Below the pieces are notes generated by a model. It was not told the origin of the DNA. It saw only the letters and a list, made by a program, of their open reading frames with translations, and did not search any database. A stretch of 64,000 nt of DNA, from the NCBI GenBank assembly GCA_002104945.1, contig MCFH01000022.1:620001-684000 (forward strand), given 5' to 3'. Positions 16,096 through 27,554 of this stretch are shown here, piece after piece. Each line of letters begins with the position of its first letter. The first letter of the stretch is position 1. Both the position numbers and the translations under genes were made by a program. Source of the DNA: Piromyces finnis finn (lineage: Eukaryota; Fungi; Neocallimastigomycota).

Positions 16096-16239
16096 ATTAA
16101 AAATGGAAAAAAAGTTTTTTGAGCATGAAAAGTCCACTTTGAAACATAATTAACACTATAAGTTTATATTAAAAATGGAAAAAAAGTTTTTTGAGCATGA
16201 AAAGTCCACTTTGAAATATAATTTAATTAACACTATAAA
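16096..16239. repeat. Tandem duplication, 72-bp unit, 2 copies
   Basis: attaaaaatggaaaaaaagttttttgagcatgaaaagtccactttgaaa... starts at 16096 and again at 16168. Confidence 0.9.
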
Positions 16240-18432
16240 TTAATTTTTTAAACATTATTATTTTTAGAAAATAAAAAAAAGTTAATAATCATTTTTTTAT
16301 TAAAATAGTCAATTTTCATAATTTTTTAAATTTAACAAATATAAAAGATAAGAATAAAAAATAAAAAGATAAGTATAAAAAAAAAGTTAAATTTTAAATA
16401 ATTTTCAATTATTTACTTGTCTTTTTCCTATGTAAATATTTTTTTTTTTCATTTAAAAAGAAATAAAAAAAAATGACATGTCTCTACATTAATTATTAAA
16501 TAAGACTTTTTTTTTCTATTTATTTAATAGTAATTGTTCTTTTAACCATTCATATTCAAACTTTCAAATATTCACTACACTGTTTCTTCCTGACTATTTT
16601 TTCTCCTTATTTACTAAAATTAAAGTTTTGTTCTTTAATTATGTTTATTTGGAAATTTTCTCTATGAAATTATATTTACTATAGGTTTTTCCTTTTTTAT
16701 TTTTTTATACTACAAAAGGATAGATTTAACAAATAGAATGAAAAATTATATTAAATAATATAATACATATATAATATATAATATGTTAAAAAATAATATT
16801 AAATAAAGTTACCATCCATACATCAAAATTTAATTTAAAAATTTAATATAATAATTATATTTACCAAAAAAAATAAAAGGATTACCTTATTTTAAATTAA
16901 AAATTAATATAAATTTTCATAAGAATATATATATATAAATAATTAATACTCAATATATATTATTTATATATATAATATATATAAAATATATTTTAAACAT
17001 TTTTAAGAAAAATTAGCCATCCTCAGTCCTTCGGACTATATATAAATTAATCCAATAGCAAGTAGTGAATAATAAATAGCAACTTGAATAATTATTATTA
17101 TAATAATGACAATAACAATAATAATAATAAATAGCAACTAGAGTAATTATAATATTAATAATAATTATATTAATGACAATAATAATAAATGCTGATTTAA
17201 ATGATAAAAGATGTGAAATCTATTGAAACTATAATAAAAGTTAACTTTTTGATATAATATTTATATATGCATAGATATAATATTTTAATAGAATAGATGA
17301 CAACGTTTTATATATTTCTTTTTTTATTTATCGTAATTCATTTCTTTATTTAAAATATATAACTTTTTGTTTATTCTAAATAGTCATTCTTTATACTAAT
17401 CTATTAGGATATACTATCAAATAAATAAATAAATAAGCATTAAAATTGTTGTGCTTATTCTATGTAGAATATATGAATTATATCATTATTAAAATGACAT
17501 GATCAAATGATGTTGTATTATATTACTATAGTATGGTGTGGTGTGTATAGATGGAGGAATAATTTTCTGTAAGAAATTTAAATGGAAAAATCAAGTTTTC
17601 ACTTTTCATTTAAATATAATAAATTTAATGTTTTTATATAAATTAATCATATATATAATGAGTTAATATAAATATTATATAATAAATAGTATCATATAAC
17701 TATATATAAATACATTCTATAATAATAAATAGGAACGTTTAGCAATATATATAAACACATTCTATAATAATAATAATAAATAATAAATAGGAATGTTTAG
17801 CGATAAAGTTTTTTTTTTATAATTAGCATTATCCAATAGAATGTTTATAACACTTTAGAAGTAATTTAAAACAAAAAAAATATAGAGAATTCAGTAGAAT
17901 ATTAAATTGGGTAGAGACCAATAATACCACGATCATTTATTCATTGTCATTGTCTTTTTTTTCATGAAAAGATTATTCTATTAATTAATAATATTGTCTT
18001 TTTTTTTTTTTATAAAAAAAATACTCTCCAAAGTACATCTTTTACATTTCATTAATGATATGTAATGTAATGTAATGGTTTTGTAAATGAATTAGATTAA
18101 TATATGAAAGACATTTCATCTACAATATATTATTTAATTTATTTTATATATTACATCAAGAATAATTCCATTCTATAATTATTAAAGTTTATAATCTATA
18201 TCTAATAAATTAAATAAAAAAAAAAACAAATAAACAATACTAAAAAAAAGAAATATTTAATTCTATAATAAATAAACTTTTTTTTTTAAAAAAATGAAAT
18301 TATAATAAATAAGAAAAATAAAACGGTAAATAAAAAAATTTTTCTGATTTTTTAGCTAAAAAAGGTAATTAATTAATAGAAAATTAAAAGTTATTAATAT
18401 TAAAGTATCGATCCTTTATTAATCATTTAATA

Positions 18433-18956
18433 CTTTTTTTCTTTTTTAACTACCGAGTGCATTTCTCCCATCCATCAGAGTAAGCCCCAATGGTGGTTCT
18501 TAGAGAAATGTTGGCCCCTTCCTATTGCTAAGTAGTTGAGACCCCTCCTGGTCTGTCATATTGAATCTTTAAACTCAACGCTCTCACTTAATCCATGTAC
18601 ATTAGATACAAGTCGTTGTACGATATTTCCAACTATATTACTAAGCCTCATATCCTCAATTTGATCACGTGTTAACCGTCCCCTAATATTTACACCCTTA
18701 CTTTGCATTAAGGAACGCTTGTGTATTTAACAAAATTTAGCCTAAGTCACTACTTATAAAGTTCTAATTTGAAATGTATACCATGTACACTTTGATCCTC
18801 TCAGGTCGGCTAGACGAGTATTAATATCATAGTAGTAAATATAGAAAGTGCATTAATATTTATTTGAATATCATAATCCAACCTATGGCAAAAATTCAAT
18901 GGGGAAACCCTACAGGCCCTGACATCTACGGGGTCGAACCAGAAGCCTTGGGTATG
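18433..18956 (-). mobile_element. SINE-like retroposed element, copy 1 (5'-truncated)
   Basis: Colinear with 57560-58116; shared blocks include ccaatggtggttcttagagaaa, ctcacttaatccatgtacattagat and cggggtcgaaccagaagcctt. The T-tract at 18434-18447 is a poly(A) tail on the minus strand. It is flanked by atttaata at 18425-18432 and 18957-18964, and has no ORF. Confidence 0.75.
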
Positions 18957-18963
18957 ATTTAAT

Positions 18964-19096
18964 AAGTCTAAAAATGTAAACCCTAATAGGTAGTAGTGTA
19001 ATAATTTTCATTGATAAGAAATAGATAAAGTCTAAAAAAGGAAACTCTAACAGGTAATAATGTAATAATTTTCATTGATAAGAAATAGATAAAGTT
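18964..19096. repeat. Tandem duplication, ~64-bp unit, 2 copies, directly next to the 5' end of the SINE-like copy 1
   Basis: aagtctaaaaa...tgtaataattttcattgataagaaatagat occurs at 18964 and again at 19028. Confidence 0.85.
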
Positions 19097-20342
19097 TAAA
19101 ATAATATTAAACATATAATTTAAGTATATTCCTTTAAATCTTAAAAAACTTCAAAAATGTATATTAGCTATGAGTATTATATGTAAGAAAGGTTAAAAAA
19201 CCCCACAATGTATAAGCAATGTAAAGAATAGTATTACAAATTATCTTATTAATAATAATATATTTGTGATAAGGATAAAACTATTTATAAATGAAGGATA
19301 TTCTGTCAATCTATTTATAAATAACAAAATAAAATAAATAAATAATAAACTAGTCTTGTTTTTAATAAGTTATTGGGATAGAAATAATTAATATCCATTT
19401 ATGCTTTTTAAGGTCGTTTGCCGGGAAAAAAAACGCATTTTTATTTATTAAAAATAAATTATAGTAACTATTTTGTATGGCAATAAATGCGATACTAATG
19501 ACATTAGTATATCTTTTATATAAAAATAATAAATAGATTAATATTTTTTTTTAAAGTCCGATTTTAATTATACATATTGTATTTTAGATTTTATTTCCTT
19601 TGTAATTTAATTTTTTTTAATATTAACTGAAAGTTAGTTCTATTTTATTCTAGTGTTTACATGATTTGTTTATTATTACTATTATTCTTAATTCTCTTTT
19701 CTATTTAAAGGAAAAAAAAAAACTATTATTTAATAATAAAGGTTTAATGCCTCCATTTTGTATACAATACCTTTATAATATTGTATTGGAGTAATAGTGT
19801 ACAATAGTACAATTCATTATTGAATTGTATTATTGTTATAGAATGAATGAGGAAGAGTATGAGAATTTTAGATAGATAGCTCTTTTTTTTTTTTTTATTC
19901 TATTTAATTATTTTATTAATTTATTCCATTCATTTGTCTCAATTAATTAAGAAATTCAATAAATTGATTGGGTATATTTTTTACAAATTTATTATTTGGC
20001 AAAATGGATTATATGGTCGATACATTCATAAAAAAAAAAACCAAATTAATTTATTTTTTTATTATTTAAAAATTATCTAAAAATATATATATTCTATGGT
20101 AATACTATAAAAATTATAATTTTAGAAAACATAATAAATATTCATTTATATTGTAGGTTATATTGTGAAAGAGGTATTATTTATACTTTTATGTATTGAA
20201 TCAATACAACGATTTAAAAACTACTAATAGATACCGTTTTAATGAAAATATCAATACACCTAACCTATATGTTTTACAAACTTTTTCGTCATATAAATAT
20301 GTTTTTTTAAATAGTTTCTTTTAATAGTAATGTTGTTGTTGA

Positions 20343-20612
20343 TAATAGAAATCAATAGTAACTATCCTATACCTATCATCTTAGTATTCTATGTTAATAA
20401 TAGAAATCAATAGCAACTATCCTATACCTATCATCTTAGTATTCTATGTTAATAATAGAAATCAATAGCAACTATCCTATACCTATCATCTTAGTATTTT
20501 ATGTTAATAATAGAAATCAATAGCAACTATCCTATACCTATCATCTTAGTATTTTATGTTAATAATAGAAATCAATAGTGACTATCCTATACCTATCATC
20601 TTAGTATTCTAT
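20343..20612. repeat. Minisatellite, 55-bp unit, ~5 near-identical copies
   Basis: Unit taatagaaatcaatagcaactatcctatacctatcatcttagtattctatgttaa starts at 20343, 20398, 20453, 20508 and 20563. There are no spacers. Confidence 0.95.
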
Positions 20613-21056
20613 TATTTGACAAAAATTTTTTTTAAAAGTTATCTAAATATATTATTAATATAATATTTCAATATATTAATGTTAATTTGATTATATATAT
20701 TAAAATAAATTAGTAATTTATTTGTCATATATTAAAATAAATAGTCTTTTAAATTGAACTCTTTCATTTAATTTTTTCATGTTTTTATTAATTTATTTTT
20801 CTTTTTTCATTAAAAAATGTATACAATAATTGGCATGAGATTATTGTTTTTTTTAATATAAAAATTAATTAAAATTATTTAAAAAATATAATTATTAAGG
20901 TTTACTATCATCAATTTTTTGATTAAATTAGGAAATGAAACTTTAATAATTATATTTTCCTTTGTAGAATTTATTTTTTATTTTTAAAAGGAATAAGAAA
21001 AGATAGATTAAAAATCATATATTCTTTAAATTAAAACAAGTAAATAGGTGATATTC

Positions 21057-21204
21057 TATATATAAAACCATCATTTGATGCTATACCATAAAAATGTAAA
21101 GTTATCATTTGATGTTGTCTATATATAACCATCATTTGATGCTATACCATAAAAATGTAAAGTTATCATTTGATGTTGTCTATATATAAAACCATCATTT
21201 GATC
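21057..21204. repeat. Tandem repeat, ~61-63-bp unit, ~2.3 copies, with an internal tcatttgatg sub-repeat
   Basis: accatcatttgatgctataccataaaaatgtaaagttatcatttgatgttgtctatatata is repeated. Confidence 0.85.
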
Positions 21205-23754
21205 TATTCTAAAAGTATATTTCATGGTTTTATTAATAGAATCTTAGAGTTTCAATAAAGTGTTTTACAACGAATTATATAATCTTTTTTTTTTTTAGAT
21301 TCTTTCCTATGATATTCCATAATATATAATGAAAAAGAAATGATTATGCTTATAATACTACGTTCCACAAGCATTTTTTTGATGTATATTAAAAAAGTCT
21401 TTAAAGCAAAGTAGAACTAGGGTTAGTTTAGGAAAAGAGAAAAAAATAACATTACAATTTTTGATAGATATCCTATTACAAATCATAAAACTTTAAAGAA
21501 TTGACTTTTAAATAAGAAAACTATAAACCTTTATAAAATTGAAACAATTTAAAATATTTAAGATATTTCATCAAATTGATTTTGAAATGACGTACCATTG
21601 TTTAAACCATACTTTTTAGTTGATATACCATACTTTTAGGTAAGGCCTTTGATATTATTTTATATCTCTTTTTCACCCTAGTCTTAAAGTCTTAATCCTA
21701 ATCCTAACTTTTTTTAATTTATTTATTCAAAAAAATTAATTTCATATAATTTTTTAATTTAGTTTTTTTTAGTTTATTTTTATATTAATTAAACTTTTTT
21801 ATGATGAAATGTTTTTTTCATAATATTATATAATATTATGAGCATAATATCATTTTTATATATATTAAATTTAATCATTCAATATATTAATAATTTATTT
21901 ATAATAAATTAAAAAACTATTAATATTTAAATACTTTTTTCATTTAATATATGTAACTATTTCTCATTAAAAAAAAAAAAAAAATAGAAATATTTATATA
22001 AGGAATAAAAAACTTTTTTTTTTTTTTTTAAAATATTAAAAATTTTTATTATATAAAGTTAACTTTTTTTAATGTTATTATGAATGAGGAACTTTAATAC
22101 TTTTGAATGTTGAATAATAATAAAACTTAAATATATTGGAAATGTTAAAAGTTAAAAGAGTATATTGAAAAAAAGTACCAACAAAAAAAGAGAATTTTCA
22201 ACATAATATATATAATAAAGAAATAGAATATAGTATATATTTTGAACGCTCTCAATAAAAACTTTATAATACTAAAAATGAATAATGAAACCTTTCAAAC
22301 TTTAAAAAAACATGTCATTAAGAATAAAATGTTATTAACAAAAAAAAAATATAGTTAATGTAGAAACGAAACCAAAATTATATTTAATACGATACAACGT
22401 CAATTTTTGAATACTGTCATTGCTTTTCATACAAAAAAAATAAAAAAAAAAATTTATAAAAAAAATAAAAAAAAAAATTTATAAAATAGTGATACAATTT
22501 TCTATTAGCTTTTATTATTCCATATTCAAAAATAGTTTATTCTATATTCGTTATTAAAAATCAATAAATAAAACTATTATAATACAAACGTTTTTGTAAA
22601 ACAATAATATCGAATGAATATTTATTTATATATATATATATATATAAAAACTTTTTTTAACAACATAAACATTAGTTAAAAATATCTTTTTTTTTTTTTT
22701 TATCTTTTCAATTCTATGGTTCAACCTAATATATAGGTATATAACATTTTTAAAATAGATATCATTGTTTTATTAAAAAAAATCAAGTTTTTAAACTTTA
22801 TGTACCAAATTTTTATATTGAATTCTCACTCTTAAACGTTAAATATATTATCAAAGTTTTTCTTTTTGTAATATATTCAATTATCCTTTATATAGCTAGT
22901 TCATTATTTTTCTTTATAGCTTTATGAAAATAAGAAGATTAAAGAAACTTTTTTTTTTTTTTAAAAAAATTCACCTTATACTTTAAATAACTTTAAATTG
23001 GTTGATAATTAGCAAATAAATAGTATGTAATATTTATAATATCATTTAAATAACTTTAAATACAACATTTACTTTATTTTTTTTATTAATATGGCACCTA
23101 TAGCAAAAAAACCACTTTATTTTTTTTTATTAAAGTATAATATTTTTAATTTTTTTTAAATAAACAAAAAAAATTTTTTTTATTTTAGGTTAAAATACAT
23201 AAACTTTAAAAATAAACGTATGTTATTTTATAATTATATTACATAAAATTAATAATACCTATAATAATACCTATAATAATAATAATAATAGTAATAATAA
23301 TTAAAATAATTAGAATAATTAGAATAATAATAATAATTAGAATAATAATAATAATAATAATAATATCAATTAAAAACTACAATAAAGTAAGTATATCATT
23401 TTTTTATTTTATAATCTAATATATAACTTTACTTGATCTTTTATTTTTTTTAGAATCTATTATCCAAAAAGGTGAATATTTCTATTTTTTTATATATGAT
23501 AGAGATATTAAATTTGTATTTATAGTAGTTCTTTTGTAAAGTCTCAAAAAAAGGTAAATAGAATTTTTTTTTATTCCATAGCAATAGTTTCTTTATTATA
23601 TCAATAATCATCCATATATAATACGATTTTATTTTTAAAAATCCTATTTTAAATCATATAATATTGATAGTTATAGTCATTTAATAAATAATAATAACAT
23701 ATAAAAAGTTGTCTTTTTAAAAATAAAAATCATTGATAAATATATAAATTTTAT

Positions 23755-23774
23755 TAAATGAATGAATAAATGAA

Positions 23775-23813
<39 letters not shown>

Positions 23814-24060
23814 ATATAATTAAATGAATGAATGAATAAATAAACAACTAAATAAATAATTAACCAAATGAATAATTAAAAATAAAAGTCAATCTATTAA
23901 TAAATAAATAAATAGATAAATATAGGAATAGATAAATTAATGGATAAATAAATAAATAACTAAATAAATCAATCCATCAATAAATGGATAAATATAAAGG
24001 ATAACTGAATGAATGGATATATTATTTAATAAATAAATAAACCAGAAAAATTAATAAATA
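23755..24060. repeat. Degenerate (ATAA/ATGA)n purine-rich simple repeat
   Basis: Runs of aataaataaa and atgaatgaa, read directly. Confidence 0.8.
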
Positions 24061-25458
24061 ACCATAAAATATTATATATTTGTTAATACAAAGTAATATA
24101 TATTATCAGTATATTAATAAATTAAACCCAATAAATTTAATATAAAATCATACCATTAGAATTTTAATTAAAAATTTTATAATTACCATATAAATAAATT
24201 TAGTATTAAAAATACAATAAAAATAAATTAAATTGTAAAATACTATAAAAATACAAATGATTATCTCCAAAAAAAACTTTTTTAAAAAAGTATCTTTTAC
24301 ACATTCTACATACTATATAAAATAATAAAAAATGTATCAATTGTTTCTTTTTTTATTTTTTTTTGCTTTTTTATTACTATAAAGATGTTATTTTAATGTC
24401 AAAAACAAAAAAATCAAAATAATCGTTCAAATATTAAAAAAAAAAAAATAAAACTGTCAATATAAATATTAATAAAAAAAAAAATTTAGTTTTTAAAGTT
24501 TTCTATATAGAAAAATAAAAGTTTATACTGAAAATTTTTAAAGGACACAGCAATTATTATTTATTAAATAGGAAAGGTTGAATTATTAGTATTTTAAAGG
24601 ATAATTTTAATAGTTTCATTTTATCAAGTCTATTAAACTGTAATCATTAAAAAAATAAAGAGTAATATTGAATTTTTTGTTAAAAAATAAGTAAATGAAT
24701 GAATAAATAAATGAATAAATGAATATAAAAAATAAATAAATGAAAATTTTATTATTAAATAAATATAAAAAAATTTATAGAATAGTTGAAAAGAAAAACT
24801 GAGTAAAAAAGTTAAAATTAAAGCTAATACAAGCAATCATAAAATCTTTTTTTTTTTTTAATTAAAATAATATCGAGATTTTTAATCTGATATACCTTTT
24901 TAAACATTTATAAATAATTTAAAAAAAAAATAGTTTATACTAAAAAATTAAAAGTAAAGATCATTACTCATTTTCTATTTTAACAAAAATTATCAAAGTA
25001 TTAATTTCTATTTTAACCTTTTTTTTTTTTCCATAATTGAAAAAAAGAAGATCAAGTAAGTTTTTTTTTTTTTCATTCAATATTAGTTTATTGATATATT
25101 AAATAAGAATTTTTAAATATATTTCATGTTTAATAAAATAAAAGAATAGAATGATAGAATAGCAGAATAATAAAAAAAAATATTCATTAAAATTTTTAAA
25201 AGATGAAAAATTTATTATAGATGATATAGTTAATAAAAGATGACAAACATTAAAATAATAAAGTAAAAAAAAAAAAAAGATACACACAATCAACACATTA
25301 ACACTATAATAATAATAATAAAAAAGGATAAATCCTTTTCTATAGTTTTAGCGTCACCTTTTTTGGTTCTTTTTGTCTCATTAAAAAACTAAATAAAAAT
25401 TTATAGTACTATGAAAAAAAAAAGGAAAAACTTTTATAATTTTTTATATTTGAAATAA

Positions 25459-25710
25459 AAATTAAATGAATATATTAATAAATCAAATAAATGAATAAAT
25501 AAATAAATAAATTCTATGCAATAATTATTACAAAATTAAATGAATATATTAATAAATCAAATAAATGAATAAATAAATAAATAAATTCTATGCAATAATT
25601 ATTACAAAATTAAATGAATATATTAATAAATCAAATAAATAAATAAATAAATAAATAAATTCTATGCAATAATTATTACAAAATTAAATGAATATATTAA
25701 TAAATCAAAT
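25459..25710. repeat. Tandem repeat, ~74-78-bp unit, ~3.3 copies
   Basis: aaattaaatgaatatattaataaatcaaataaat...attctatgcaataattattac is repeated, with a variable internal (ataa)n. Confidence 0.85.
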
Positions 25711-26492
25711 CAATATATATAAAATTAATTATTAAAACATTTATACCATCGAAATAATTTAATTAGAAAAAGTTGACATGGAAATAAATTATTTTGAAAT
25801 TTTATAAAATTACCTTTTATGAAATTTAAATGATATTAGTACTATTAATCATCAAAATTATAAAGTTATTCATTTTATGAAATTTAAATGGTACTAACAA
25901 CATTAAGTTAAAATATCAAACTATTTTAAATTTTATTAAAAAGTAAAAATACACCAAAATTATCCACATTTAATTTTTAATTATTTTAATAATATTATTA
26001 AATATTCATCTTGCTAATCACCATACATAATACTATTATTAAATATTTATTTTGTTAATCACCATACATGAAAGATATTGATTAAAAAAAAAAAATACTA
26101 TTATATCATAAATTTGAAAAAAAAAATATTTATATCCTTTTATGTTAAAAATAGAATAAAAATTACACCTATTATTTAAAAAAAAAAACCATTTTAACAC
26201 TATTTTCTTTCAAATATACCCTTTTTTTTCTATTTTACTCAGATATTACACATTACACTTTTTTAAAAAAAACATTCTCCTCCTAGTTATATTATTTAAA
26301 GAAAAAAAAGCCTTGATCATAACAATAAAGTACACAACTATTTTGTGTATGAAGCATGGAAAATAAAGGTAAATTAAATATAAAATATAATTTTTTAGTT
26401 TAAAATTTTGCATCAACTATCGATTTGACTTTTAAAAAAAGTTGATTAATCCTAGTATTAATAGAAAAGAAAAAAGAAATCAATATTCATAG

Positions 26493-26528
<36 letters not shown>

Positions 26529-27294
26529 GAAACAGCTCATTCACTTTTTATTATTAAAAAAAAAAAAAAAAGAAAACGATGAAAAATAGTATAATAAAAA
26601 TTTTCTACAAAATTTTAATTACTTCTTGGTAATTTTAAATTTAATATAAAAAAATAATATATTATGGAATATAAAGTTTAATAAAGTATTTTAAATAGAT
26701 AGTATGGATAATATATATATTGGTTCATTTTTAAATAATTTTTTTCCATAATTTATCTCTATTAATATATATTTTTATATTTATTTTGAACGGCGGTTTC
26801 CAATAATAAATAATATAATTGAACAAGAATTTTTATATCTTTTTTTTTTTTTTTCTTTACTCTATTTTACTCTATTTTATTATATAATAATAGTATTAAA
26901 AAAAAAAAAAAGATAGATTTTGTAGAATAATAAAATATTCAAATTAAAAGATTCTTGTATTTATTATATCATTTATTAAAAAACAAAACAAAAAAATAAA
27001 AAAAGATTATTTATATTTTTAATCATATATAAAAATCATTTTTTATTTTTTTTTGAAAAGTGTTAAATAGTTTTTTTTTTTTTTTTTTTAACTTTGAATA
27101 ATAATAGTAATAATAGTAATAATAATTGAATATAATTATTAAACGTTAAGGCGCAAATCATTTAGAAATTAATAATTATAAATAAACAGTTAGAGACAGG
27201 ACAGAAAAAAAAAAAGATGATAGCAAGAAAAAAAATTCAAATGAATAGTTTTATAAAACTTTAAATTTTGACATTTTTTCATATATTTAACATA

Positions 27295-27325
<31 letters not shown>

Positions 27326-27554
27326 TATATATATTTCTTTTAAACATTTTTTTATATTATTATTAGTAAATATTTTAAAATTTGTTATTATTATTATTTT
27401 TTAACAATATATAATCCAATTAATTTAATTAATAACACTTTTTTATACCCTTGCTATATTTTTTTTTATTAAAAAAGTCAATACTAAAATAACCATTATT
27501 TGAATTCGTAGAAAAAAAAAACTTTAAAAATTATTAATTGAATAAAACTTCTTC

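Noticed and set aside
17015-17045. GC-richer hairpin agtcc-ttc-ggact as a Helitron 3' end
   Set aside because: The stem is only 5 bp, there is no clear CTRR terminus or 5' TC end, and there is no second copy in the window.
20343-20612. Regular 55-bp repeat as a CRISPR array
   Set aside because: The units are contiguous with no unique spacers, there are no cas genes, and the context is eukaryotic. It is a minisatellite.
24633-25296. Short hydrophobic F/I/L/Y-rich ORFs in AT-rich intergenic DNA (also 13424, 33007, 39800, 41139, 47023-48138)
   Set aside because: They are translations of poly-T/A tracts with no motifs or splice support.
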